This document shows positions 23,891-36,710 of a stretch of DNA of 64,000 nucleotides, one piece after another. This DNA is from Callorhinchus milii. Taxonomy: Eukaryota. The stretch is taken from positions 92,630,001 through 92,694,000 of the forward strand of contig NW_024704742.1 of NCBI RefSeq assembly GCF_018977255.1, in the 5' to 3' direction. Position 1 is the stretch's first letter. Each line of letters opens with the position of its first letter. Made by a program: the position numbers and the translations under genes. A model generated the notes under the pieces. That model was not told the origin of the DNA. It searched no databases and saw only the letters and a list, made by a program, of their open reading frames with translations.

Positions 23891-25069
23891 GTTTTTCTCC
23901 CCTCCTCCATCTGCTGACACCCACTGTCAAGGTCAGAAGTCAATAATGGCCGCTTACACAAGTGAGATATGGGTGCGAGAATATTGGTGAGGAAAACAAC
24001 ATCAGTGTGGTTCAGCCTTTGAGACGTGCAGCCTACAGTATTTGTAGCTAAATTATTCAATGGTTTAATTAGCAGAAAGATTAGAACAGTCATATGAATG
24101 ACTGATAGTAGTTTTGCTAAAATACAGAGCTACCTAATTGGAAAAAAAAATGGTTTTCAAACCAGCTAGAATCTCACTAGGTAAGACTCCCAGATGGTCT
24201 CTGAATTTTAATTGATGTTTTAATACTACACGTGCTTACAGAGTAGAAGATTTTAGAATAATTATTCTTGATCATGGGGACCAATTCACTCCTTAAAAAT
24301 CCAGATTTGATCAGAATTTTCATTATTTATAAAGATGCCTTCAACCTCTGCAAGAGAACACTTACAACGTTCAGTTTACTCAGGACAAAGTTATATTTTA
24401 CATTCCCGAAAAAATGAACAAAATAAACGAAATGACAAATTGACGCTGTACAGTCATAAACAACTCCTTTCTGTAAACTTGTGGTTTTTATATAGTGCGT
24501 TAGAATTTTACTTTCTGACAAGTTCAGAAACTTGGGTGCATAAAATCAAATCGCTGCTGCCCAGTCAAGCAATCCAGCCACGCAATCCTCATTTTGACAT
24601 TGTAATGCGAAGCCAGAGGTGCATTAACAACTCTTGGGTGTTGGTGATTGTGAAGCAATGTGGATAAAGAAATCGTATTTGAAATACAGTGAGGACAGGT
24701 TCAGGCAAATTTTCTCCCCTCCATCCTTTTAAATAGGCTGTCGATACTAGGCCTAGGCTGGAAACCCAAAACATTTTTTAATTCGCGGACCAAAAATTTC
24801 CATGGGTCTCATGTAGCAGGATCTCTGAACAGCCTCACTGTCCCTTGCTGCCTTCACAGTGGCCAGGGATGAAAGCTTTTACTTGGATTATTTGAATCGC
24901 ATGAGCAGAAGATAGATTATTCATTACCTTTTGCTCATAGGATTCAAAACAAAAATGCCGGTACCAGCATTTACCGGCATTTTTGAAAATGTGACTAATG
25001 GGATCTCCCTTGTTAGTCCAGCTAGCCGGGGTTTTTAGTGTAGTTTATGTGTACAAGAAAACGGAGTCA

Positions 25070-25275
25070 ATTTTTAAACAAAGGGGGTTCTCCCAGTGCC
25101 CTGGCCAAAAATTCCACAAATAAAAATTGGTCATTTATTTCATGGCTGTTTGTGGGACATTGCTGTCTCCAAATTGACTGCCCCGTTCTCCTGCGAAATA
25201 CATAGTCACTACACTACAGTCAATCCTGTGAAATGCTTTGAAACAGCAACCAGATGTGAAAGGAATTATCAAATA
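25070..25275 (+). mobile_element. Old DeuSINE 3' half
   Basis: gggttctcccagtgccctggccaa...ggctgtttgtgggacattgctgtctccaaattgactgcc. Confidence 0.75.
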
Positions 25276-25723
25276 CATTGTTCAAGTGTACGATCAATCG
25301 AACCAAGGCTCTCTCAAATGTGCTTTTTTAAAAAAAAACAAAGTTATAATCCTATTTGCTAATCTTGTTTGCCGGATATGTAAAGTTTTTTTTATTTCAT
25401 CAATTATTTTCTATCAAAATGCGCCTTTCATTACATTTCGTTGAATGTACTTGAAATGCAGGCCCCACAAACTGCTAGAAAGGAACACTGGTTTATTACT
25501 GAAACAGTGACCAGTGGTGGTTTCTGTAGCATCCAGCTCAGTGCATTTGTCAAATAGCTACAGCCTGTTTTCATTTATTTGTGCCATGTTTAATTACTGG
25601 TAGATTGTGAACCAGCATCTGTGTGCCCCTGTGGGCAAATTGACATTTTGTGGGCGAGTGGCAAATTCTTCTGACCTACTTAAGGACATTAGGTGGCATA
25701 CAGAGATGTCCTGTGTAGAATAT

Positions 25724-25851
25724 AATAATAATAATCCTTGCATTTGATATAGCCCTTTTCACATCTTCTAGACCTTTCAAAGCGCTTCACAGAATATACT
25801 GTAAACTAAATTGACTGTATATTTGTGGGTGAAACAATATCTAAAACAATA
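25724..25851 (-). mobile_element. 5'-truncated SINE flanked by a 20-bp TSD
   Basis: agatgtcctgtgtagaatat at 25704-25723 and 25852-25871. Confidence 0.88.
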
Positions 25852-27935
25852 AGATGTCCTGTGTAGAATATCTTACAGCTTGCCTTATTCGATAGCTGTT
25901 CTAACTGCTGAGAACCATCTACAGGCAATGCAAAAGGAATGGAGGGATATTGTTGTTGGAGGAAATTTAATAACAGCATTCACCCTGTTAGCAATGTCAC
26001 TGCACACTGAATAAAATCAACCAGGGCAACATGAGCTATAGAGTCAGCTAGTTATGAGATGGGTGTGGTGGTCAGGATTGTGAGTGGTTTCAACATATCA
26101 ACCTTGTAAGCAATGCCGGGGGAGGGAGGAGCGAAAGAGAAGTTTGTGCTTGATCACTTACGTGCGAGGTTTAATGTTTTTGGTAATTTTGTAAAATTGG
26201 CGTCCGGAATTGCTGTAAGTGCCATAAAGTAATCCTTCAAACTGGTAAACATTAGAAACTGGTTGTTGTTGTTTAAAGATTACTTTGTGGCAGTTTGAGC
26301 ATTCTGTGCGATATTACATAGGGTGGTCTGGGTGAAGGGTTCTCTCTCCAGTCAGACCATCTCGCAAGGTGCAGCTGTTTGGTGGCTCGACGAGCTGTGT
26401 GGTTATGTGCTTTTTTCCAAGGTGAGCGGTCGGTGACTGATGGGTGAAGCATTTGTTGCGTGCAGCGGCTCCAGGAAAATCTGGAGGGTACACAGCTGTT
26501 TGCTCTTTTCCATTTTTCGGTTGTCTGAGACAACTAATTATTAGTGTTTTTAAAAAAAACTCAGTATTATACAGCACTGCTTTTGTGCACAGTCAAAGGA
26601 TGTTCTTTTAGGTAAAGTAGAAGGATGAATTTTGTGTTGGGGAGCAGGAAGAGACATGAATTAGCATATACCTCTGCAATACTGTAAGTGCTAATTTTTG
26701 TGTTGGATTGTTGTGTGGGGAAATATCTTTTGCTCATAGTAACCAGGATAAACTGAAGTTTGAAAGTACTCTTCATGTGCTGTCTTACTCTGTTGACTCT
26801 AAAGAGGAAATACAGTGAACAAATTGTAATACTTTCTCATAGTTCAGGATCTTGAAGACCTTAATTTCCCACAAGATGCCTATTATTTGATGAGAACAGA
26901 TTCTGTATTTTGTCCTGTACATTTTGTAGTGGTTGGCGAGCATGTTGCCCTTGTAAAGGTACAGCAGTAACCATAGTAACTTTACACCCTCACAAAGTTA
27001 CTGACCGACTTTAGCAAGGTCCTGCAGAACTAGTTCAGAATCTCGCGGGTTCTACATGGTGTGTTGTCAGAAGGTTATGAATTATAAAAGTTGACGTTTT
27101 TTTTAAAACAGTGATTTTTTTTGCAGCATTGTAGAATATGTTCAGAGTTGTTGTATTTGCATCTTGTATTCTGTGGATGCTTTTCTTCTTGCTTGCTGCA
27201 GGCTTAGGTTAGACCTGCATGAAATATCAAGTGGCAGAGGCAGAAACACACTGAGGAAAATGCTGACTCTTAGGCCAAATCACATCATATTAGTGAATGG
27301 CTCTTGTCGCTAGCTTTTAATTTGTGTTTGGTTTGAATTGCGTGTGTTGGTGTGGGGCGATGGTGGTGGCAGGAAAAGGGATTAATGATAATCCTTATTA
27401 TAATTATTATAATTAGATAGTAATTATTATAATAAGAATGGGGAAAAAAATGAAACGTATAATTCTGTTGCAGTTGTCCTGTGAATCACCATCTTAACTA
27501 TCACAAATTGAAGCATTTGAGTTGTGTTCTAAATTGTGGAGAAACACATTGATGATTGGGAACCTGCTCCAGGCACATTTTCAGCAAAACCTCCATGTCC
27601 AGGGTGTTCTTTTCAAGGGTGAAAAATTGTCTTGAGTGGTATGCTTCAAATTAGCTAATGTTTTGTTAACTAACAACCTGGATTTATATCGTGCTCTTTT
27701 ACGTAGAGAGCTTCGCAGAAGTAATGCAGGGGTGGAGGGTAATGGCTATGGGCAAGGTCAAAGAGCTGTTTCTCGGCAGCTTTTGAAGACTGGTAGATTG
27801 GAGGTGAGACAGAGGAGGGAGGGAGTTTCAGAGGGTAGGGACATAATAGCTGAAGGCTTGGCTGCTGATAAAGCAGTGGACATATAACAGGCCCAAGTTT
27901 GCTCAGCAAATGAGTGAGGCTAGAGAAGTTCACAG

Positions 27936-28351
27936 AATAATAATAATAAATATAATCCTTGAATTTGGTCCGGTGCCCTATCACGTCTTCAAGAGGTCTC
28001 AAGGTGCTTCACAGAATATTCTGTAAAATGAAATGATTGTATATTTTGTGGACGAAACGTGGCAGCCAATTGAGCACAGCAGTGTTCCACAAACAGGATT
28101 GTGTTCCACAAACAGGATCGTGGATTGAGTGACCAAATTATTATTTTTTTTAAGTTCATTTTTGTTTAGAAGGGATTACTACCCCCGGAAAAGCAATCCG
28201 CCAATCGACTAACAACCGGGTTCCGACTTACTGCTCAGTAAACGGGTGTGTGGAGCAAGGAAGCTTACCCAACATTTCACCCTGCCCAGAAATCGCACCC
28301 AGGTCATCTCTTGTGAGGCGAGTGCTCTAACCACTGAGCTACAGGACTCCA
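27936..28351 (-). mobile_element. Full-length DeuSINE, long form (extra ~60-bp internal segment)
   Basis: Contains cccccggaaaagcaatccgccaatcgactaacaaccgggttccgacttactgctcagtaaac between the Deu core and the tRNA head; internal ~19-bp duplication gtgttccacaaacaggat. Confidence 0.9.
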
Positions 28352-31054
28352 AATGCAGACACCAGACAATCCACACTCCCACATTCACACACACACAGAG
28401 AAGTGGAGTGAGGGCCTGAAGGATTTCAAGGTGAGTGTGATGACGGGTGACAGGCATGCAAATTTTGTGCAGATAAGGATGTGGGTGACTGAGATTTGGA
28501 TGAGTTGGAGCTTGCAAATTGTAGACTGGGTAGGTTGGCAAGAGAGTATTTGAAAAGTTAATCTGGAGGTCACAAAGGCAAAAAGAGTGGTTGCAATTTC
28601 TAATAATAATAATAATCCTTGCTTTTGATTTAGCGCTTTTCACGTATCTAGATGTCTCAAAGCGCTTAATAAAATAGACTGTAAAGTGAATTCACTGTGT
28701 ACTTGTCATTTATTTTACATGTGGTACTAAATATTTCGCATTTTAGTTTACTTGTGGTACAAAAGGATTTTTGTATAAGCTTCATCTTGACAATCAGTAA
28801 GGTAAGGAAGAGTTGAGTGCGTTTGCAGGGCTTCTGTGTTTTCTATTATCGTCACAGACAAACCATACCATGTTGGTGAGCAGCAAATTTGATGCATATT
28901 GCAGCCCCAGCAATGTAGGAATTTTCAGTGGGAATATTTGCATGTGGCATTCACTCGTAAATCTTGTGAGGCTTTCCCTTCCCCTCCCTGCTGTCCCCAA
29001 CACCACCACACCCACTGCTTTGGATCATAACCCCCAAAAGTCATAACTGAGTCATGACAGTGTTGCAATTGGATTAGAATTTGTTGCAACTTGGAGTTGA
29101 AGGGACTAAAAGCAGATATGTTGAATTCCCCGGAACCAAATGACTGCAATGAAGGACAACAACTAGAATCCAATGTGTGTTTCCATCTTCAGAGTGACCG
29201 TAGTCATCATTTTCCCATTGGTGATAGGCAACACAGTAGTGTTCTCATATATGAGACTGAGGCTTTTTAGTAAAAATATCAATCAGCAGTCAAGTGATGT
29301 GAATAGTTTTAACTATTCAGTACAAACAGCTGTCAAATTGTGACGTGCAGTTTACATTCCATAGTTAAAATTAACCAGTTGGGTACAGATCATCAGAATG
29401 ATTCTTAGCTTGTTTGGAACAGATTTGTCTTTTTTGAGGGGAGTCATCCTTCCTGCAGTATTGATTGATTAAAACCCACTTATAATTGCTCCATTTGTCG
29501 TAAATTTACCAACTCCAAATCTTATCTTGTAGTGCATTGAAAAATGTTGTTTGAGAATTATTTTTTTAGGAAATAATACAGGAACCGGATACAGTATATA
29601 GTTTGGGACATGACATGTGCATGTGACTGCTAGGATGGTGGAAGGCGAACTGGATAAACTTTGATCTTCTTTTGTCTAGCAATTCTTATGTTTTTATGAG
29701 AATTTTTGAGCATTTTAAGAATGAAATCTTCGTGATTTAAAGCAGTCTGTATCAGCTAGTAGAGATGTATAGTGAGGATATGTGGTTCGTTCCTGTGAAC
29801 TTAGTTTGCTATAATTCTGCTTTCTTTGACTTTTAAAGAGACTTTTTTTTAAGTCCATAAGGTTCATAAATCGTAAGGTATGATGGGGAGGAGAGAAAAA
29901 CAAGATAGTTTGGAGACTGTTAACATAACTTCCTTTCTCTTTATCCTCATCCAGATATGTTTGAATTGTCAGAAAGAATTATGTATTTCATAAGTAACTT
30001 AATACCTATACTTGTGGAATAGTGAGTCAAGGCATAGACTGAACATTTTTCCAAGCTGCCTTGAAAACTTTAAAATTAAGAACATTCTAACATTTTCGGC
30101 TTAATGGTCCGGGTCATTGAAATGCATATTACTGTGGAGCTGACAGACACGCACGTGCAAAATAAAGATGCCCTGAAGATTGGCTTTGTTCCTCCTACGG
30201 ATTCCACTGATGTAGGTTGTTTTTGTTTGAGGGGAATCATTATTAACAAATTATTTTCTTATTTTCTGTTCTGTGCAGAAAGTTTAAAGACATCAAAAGC
30301 TCAGCTTGCTCTACACTGAGAAATGTTGGCTGGGAACCTGGGCATTTTAAGGCTAATTGTTATGTTTGAAAGGCAATCTATATCAACCAGCCAAGTGTAG
30401 CCTGGTGGCAGGAGAATGGGGATGTTTCATTGAAGAAATCTTTATGGGACAATTAAACAACTAGCAGGAGATTTTCCTGCCTGTTGACAATGTTTGGAAT
30501 TACACATTATAAACTATTTCAACAGAGGTCAGAATTGTAGTGTTAATGTTAAGGGTATATTTTTATTGTGAGAAATCCCAGATGGAACAGGTTGTGATCT
30601 GTATACACCTCTCTATAGTGATCTGTGTTGCCACAGTAAATGTTTCGTGACTAAAGTTGAGTTCAGTTATGAATTGTCATAAAATTTACAATTTACTGGG
30701 CTTGTGTTAATATGTGAATGTAATACTTTATCTTCTGCACTTGTTGAGAAGTTCAGAGAGAGAAAGCCAGAATTCATCTCGATTAGTACAGCACAGGAGC
30801 TCTGGAACACCACCCTGCGTGAGGGGCACTATATAAATGCAAGTTGTTACTGTTACAGTGAACTGTTTTGGATCAACATTTGAGACCATGTCACTTGGCT
30901 ATGATTAGACAGCCCATAATGTATTTTTTAACTGCTGGTGGCAAATTAGTCACACATTTGCTTTACAGGAAGGTTACATGTGAAGTGTCGTCATTGTCAA
31001 AGGGGGAAGAAAAAGCTAGTAAACCACTGAAGTGTTAGACAATTGTAGCGCCTA

Positions 31055-31395
31055 GATGTCTGGCTCAATTGGCAGCATTCTTGTAAGTCAGATAGTTGTG
31101 GCCTCACGTCAAGACTTTGAGGCTGACACTCCAAAACATAGTTGGGGATGCGTTGGATTGTTGGAGATGCCGTCGTTCGGAGGAGAAATGAAACCAAGTT
31201 CCCGTCTGCCTGAGTGTTTCAAAGTCTCATGGCACAAATTGAAAAGAAAAGAGAGTTTCTCCTGGTGTCCTGGCCACAAGATGAAATTGGTTATTCACTT
31301 CATGACAGTTTGCAGGACATTGCTGTGTGCAATTTGGATACCACCTCCACCTATAAAATACAGTCACTGAATACACTTTACAGTAAAGTCCTGTG
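31055..31395 (+). mobile_element. Old SacSINE1-like DeuSINE
   Basis: tggctcaattggcagc...aggctgacactcc...ttggagatgccgtcgttcggaggagaaatgaaacc...ggtgtcctggcc...gacattgctgtgtgcaatt. Confidence 0.75.
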
Positions 31396-31974
31396 CCATT
31401 GAACTTTTCAAATAGTTCCTTTTTTGTGTATTCACAGCTGCATTCTTTGGGAAATCTGATAGCACTGATGTTTCTGGTCATTTCTTTCCAATGTACCTGC
31501 TATGCCATCTGAGCCATCCCAAAAACAATGGATCTGAAATTCCACGACGCCCTTCTCTACTACCATTGGAGTCACTTTATTGAATTCCATTTCTCGGCTC
31601 ACCAATCCCTCTTTTGCTGCTGTTACATCTTCTTTTCTCTTCATTAATCTTCTGCTTTCATAATGTTTTTCCTCATCAAATTGGTGTTCATATACAGTAG
31701 ATGTGTTCTGTTGGCCAAGAATTACGTATTGGTATTTGCCAGCCGTTTGTTTCGTGCTGATTGGCTTTATTTTTCTGACCTTCAATTCCGACCCTTCTTG
31801 AGACTTTTGTTCCCATTAATCGTTGTTAACATTCTCATTTAAAAATTAGCACTCTATTAACTTCAAAACCTTATAATCCCCACCCTCCCCTGTTTAACGA
31901 TGAAAGCTTGCTTAACGGTAAAGCTTAACTCCTAAAAACTTATCATATCTGACATTAATTAAGATGCAATACGA

Positions 31975-32510
31975 TGCAAATTTACATTTATAAAGCATGT
32001 TTCACATCACGGGTTAGCTCCTGAGCTGAGTGGGAACTGAGGGGGTGGAGAGTGGAAAGATAACCGAAAGTGCAGTCAAAGCAATAGACCTGAAAGAGAC
32101 ATGAATGGAGGGGGGAGAGGGGCAAAAAGGCTGAAAGCCCAATTGCAGGTGGTGGGTTAGGTAGGGCAGGGGATATGAATCAGGCTGAGCAAAGGGAGCA
32201 GCCTGGTTGGTACAGTTTGAGGAGGTTGCAGAGGTATCGTGAGGTAAGCTTGTGGCGGGATTTGAAGGTAAGGAAGGGATGTTGAACTCAATCTACTGGC
32301 GAATAAGGAGCCATTGGAGCTCGTCTGGATTGAGGGTGATAGGCTTAGGATAGGATGTTAGTGCAGGAAAGGACATGGGCTAGAGTTCTGGATAATCTGC
32401 AGCCAGTTTAGAGAAAAGGTGGGTAATCTGAGGAGAGCGTTGACATAGTCCAGCCTTGATGTGATAAATGTATGGATTAGGGTCTCAGCAGCCCGAGGGG
32501 AGAGGAAGGA
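31975..32510 (-). mobile_element. Old L2 LINE fragment
   Basis: gagttctggataatctgcagcc...catagtccagccttgatgtgataaatgtatggattagggtctcagcagc is the antisense of the L2 ORF2 AETLIH.FITSRLDY motif. Confidence 0.75.
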
Positions 32511-33550
32511 TATGCAATCGCTGGAAAGGACAGGCCTGGAAAATTAAGTTTCATAATTATCTACGACATCAGGGGAGACAAAGTGCAGCACAGCAGGAAA
32601 ACTTGGCTACTCCTGAGAAAGTGAACTGGTTACAGATCTAAGCAGGAAAATAAATGCACTCTGAAGCGGATATTCATGTACAGATCATGGGTGGGAAGCA
32701 GGATTTTGTTTCCACTCAACTCCTGTTAACACTGTAAGCCAAAGCTCTAATGGGTTGGGTAGTTCCAGCTGCACTAGTTGCAGGAAGCTTGCCAGACAGA
32801 CAGTGCTCCCAGTGACAAGCTATGCGGTTTTAGCTGGTTAGGCTCCACCAGTACATCAACCCCACACAGTCTGGGGTCCTTGGTTCCCACCAATATTTTT
32901 CAGAATTAGGTAAGCAGATTGTGTTCCTTCGGGAAGACGGTGCTCCTTCCAGTCCAGACGCACAGAAATTTCCTTGCATACAAGGAACACTCCAGTCTGG
33001 TTTGGATAAGCTTAAGTATGGTGATGGGTTTCCGCGTGTGTCAAGACACCTGGCTGACCATAAATCAAATATGGTGAGTGAAAAATTTTAATTTGGGGGA
33101 GCGAGAGAACTGTTTTTAAACCTGTCAGACATGACCATTGACCACAAGTAGCATAGATGAATGAGTTAGTGAACTTAATTTATCATAGTAAGGCAATGGA
33201 GTGCCTCGTGAATTTTCAAGCTTGGTTGAAATAGATTTTGTAGTGAGTGGAAAATGGTTAGCTACTAATTTTAAGGTCAGGTCATATAGTAATTGCGTTC
33301 AGCCAATACAAATGTATCTGCTTCAAGTATCTGCTCATTGGAATCTCTGGGGTGGGATGTTCCCGTCAGCCATTCCAACAGTAATTTATATGCTTTTTGG
33401 GTAACGTATTGATATTGTCTTCACTGTCAAAAATCTAGCTTGAAGGAAAGTGAAGATCATGTCAGTGATCTAGTCTTCAGATTTGTTACTTTAAGATTCC
33501 ACAGGATGAGGCAACATCATTACAATAAAAACAACTTGCATTTATATATT

Positions 33551-33860
33551 TGTGGAGTCCTGTAGCTCAGTGGTTGAGCACTCGCTTTGCAAGCTAGAGA
33601 CCTGAGTTCAATTCCAGGCAGGGCGAAACCTTGGGCAAGTTTCCTTACTCCACACGCCTAATAATAATCCCTCCAAAACCCAAAACAATAATAAATTGGT
33701 CATTTTCAATCCATGACTGTTTGTGGGACATTGCTGTGCGCAATTGGCTGCCGCGTTCGCCCACAAATATACAGTCAATTCACTTTACAGTGTGTTCTGT
33801 GAAGCGCTTTGGGACGTCCTCCCGACGTGAAAAGCGCTATATCAAATGCAAGGATTATTA
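33551..33860 (+). mobile_element. Full-length young DeuSINE, short form, inserted in the tail of a minus-strand L2 (about 33525-34000)
   Basis: TSD-like ttatata at 33542-33548 and 33858-33864; the flanks rejoin to the L2 tail aacaacttgcatttatatagttcccttcatgcggg. Confidence 0.95.
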
Positions 33861-36106
33861 TATAGTTCCCTTCATGCGGGTCAATGCCTCGGGAGTGCTT
33901 AACGGTTGCGGAGCCTGACGCCGAGTCGGGGTGAGGGAGGAGATGACCATAAGCACGGTCAAAGAGGAAAGTCTTCAGTCGTGATCTAAAAGAGAAGTAG
34001 GTGGCCGGAGACACAGAACATAACTTCTGTGGCCTGGATTGATTTCTCAATGGTTTCTCAGCATGACAACCCATGAGGCATATGACTATCATCACCCATT
34101 GCATATATGTCATTGTAGTTGTTTCCATAACTAAATGTAGCTAAGTTAACCTACAAAAATAGTCATTACACTTTAGTATATCGTGTGGAGCACTTCAAGT
34201 CATTCTCCAGATGTGAAAGTTGTTGACTCAAACATTAAGATTATTATGCTAGTTAGAACAATTTAGTTTTTTTTAAAAGATCACTTTGGTGCCTTTTTAA
34301 GCAACACTTGTGATCCAGCCAGAGCAAATCAATTTGATTTCCTTGTCATTTTTCTGTGTAAAAATAGCAACCTGCTGTGTGTGGACTGCTGCAACCCAAA
34401 CTGTCCAAGAAGCGAGGGTTTATTTGAGGTGGGTTTATTTCTGGTCAAGACTGAATGTGCACTTCACACATCAAAAGTATAGACATCTTTGGTAAATTAG
34501 AAAACCTGGGTTGAAAGCATATGAAATGGCTAGTAAACTGGCTGTCAACAAGGTTGTGGAGAATCGGTGCAAAATGAATTGCTACAGATTAAAAAATGTT
34601 AGGTTTGTATCTACTCTATTGAATCTCTTTATTTTTAAAAGCCTCAATTAGATCACCCCTCAACCTTCTAAACAGACCAAGTTTATGCAACCAGCCCTCA
34701 TAATTTAATTTATCCCTTCTGGTGAATGATACCAGGGCTTGAAGGGTTAAATTATGTGGGATAAGTCATAATTCATCCCTTTATTTTTATAATTTAGTCA
34801 TAATTTAAGGGTTAAATTATTAAATTATGATTGAAATGAATGACGAGCTTTTCCCCCAGTTCTTCAGTGAACAACGGATTCCGTTAAAGGGTTGGAATCA
34901 CTGCAGGAGGAGCTTCCATGGTTCCTTATATTTTAGTCGGACTCCAGATTTGAGGTGAAGGTATACCAGGGCATTCTTATGGGGCGTTGTTATGGTGAGT
35001 ATTTAGAGGAGAGGGTGTCTGTCAAAGTGTTCTGGCCAAGTTAGCAAGTTTGCCAAGAATATTTTATTTGTTCTCTTCCACCCAGTATAATCTTGATTTG
35101 CTTTTTGTCAATGATCTAGTTCTCAAGATTTGTTGCTTCAAAGTTCCACAGGGATGATGCAACATCTGTTCTGTGGGGCCTGGAACAATTTATCGGTGGT
35201 TTCAAGGCATGACAGTCCATGGGTGAGGCATGTGATCATCAATCACCCATTGCAAAAAAAAAACCCCAACACATTGTCAACAAGTTTTGAACTTTTGTAA
35301 GGTTATTTCAAACTCTTATCAGTTGTGCTCTTGTGTTTATTTCTAGCTGTGCATTTGCATTTCCTCTCAATAATTATACATTTGGCTAAATTGGCTGTTG
35401 CCCATGTCCTGAATATGATACATCAGCCTACTGAAAGTGATTAGGTTATTAAGAGGCTATGTATTAATATTAATTATTTTAGACCTGGATGAAACCTGTG
35501 CTACTTAGAAAAGTCAATCCATGACCTAGCACCCCTCTAGCTGCTCAAACCTACACCCCATCCCACTACCCATCCCCTTCCCTCAGCTGGCTCTGGCCTT
35601 CTACACGTCCCTCATCCCCCTCCGCTCCACCATCAGCGGCTATAATTTTAGCCACTGCACCCTGAAACTCTGGAACTCTGTATCTAGCGTACATCATGCA
35701 GGAAGTCAGCGGTGATCTGACTCCCTGGAAAGCAGCCATTTTTTAAGGCAAGAACGCTGCTGAGGCTTGCCTTGTATATAGCTTCATAGTTTGAAATTGT
35801 CAATTTTCTACCATGAGGGCATAAGTAACTGCTACATCTGTTTTCCAACTGAACGTGGCTCAGCACAGGACCACAGCAAATTATTTTTTCTGCCCAAAAT
35901 AAAGCCATTTAGCACATTGTGTCATTGTGTGATACTAGGAAGAAACAAAAGTTGGCAATTTTGTTAATTTGGCCTAAACACCCTGACAGACATACACTTC
36001 CTTAACATCTACCATACAATCCACTTCTAAATACAATTAGCATTCTTCCCGTTGTTGGTCAGTGCACTGTAGAAAAAAACCTGGAGTAACAGGGGACTTT
36101 GTGTAT

Positions 36107-36460
36107 ATAATAATAATCCTTGCATTTGATATAGCGCCCTATCATGAGACGTCTATGAGACGTCTCAAAGCGCTTTACAGAATATGCTGTAAAGTGAATT
36201 GACTGTATGTTTTGTGGGCGAAACACAGCTGCCAATTGCACATAGCAATGCCCCACAAGTAGTCGTGGATTGAAATGACCAATTTTTTTTTTGAAGGAAT
36301 TATTCCCCCCAGAAAAGTGATCCGCAAATCGACTTACTCCTAGGTAAACAGAGGCATGTGGAGTAAGGAAACTTGCCCAACGTATCACCCTGCCAGGAAT
36401 CGAACCCAGGTCTCTCGCTTGCGAAGCGAGTGCTCTAACCATTGAGTTACAGGTCTCCAT
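36107..36460 (-). mobile_element. Full-length DeuSINE, long form (partly deleted internal segment)
   Basis: cccccagaaaagtgatccgcaaatcgacttactcctaggtaaacagaggcatgtggag; head ggaatcgaacccaggtctctcgcttgcgaagcgag. Confidence 0.9.
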
Positions 36461-36479
36461 GTATACAAGGCAACGGGAA

Positions 36480-36710
36480 CATTGCCAAAGCCATTCCCTA
36501 AAAGAAAGTTCACGAGGAACTTCTTTACACAGAGGGTGGTGAGAATGTGGAACTCCCTACTGGAAGTTCTGGTTGAAGCAGGAAGTATCAACATATTTAA
36601 GAGGAAACTTGAGTGAGAAGAGAGTAGAGGCGTCAAGAGTGCAGGCTTTCTTGTGTGGAGTATAAACATCATCAGCACAGACAAGTTGGGCCATAAGTCC
36701 TGTTCTATGC
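36480..36710 (+). mobile_element. CR1 LINE 3' fragment
   Basis: aggaacttctttacacagagggtggtgagaatgtggaactccctac reads [15 protein letters not shown]. Confidence 0.8.

Noticed and set aside
33554..33626. tRNA-Ala(TGC)-like cloverleaf (also in other copies)
   Set aside because: It is the SINE head: the T stem is mispaired and it runs into the SINE body without an adjacent oligo-T terminator.
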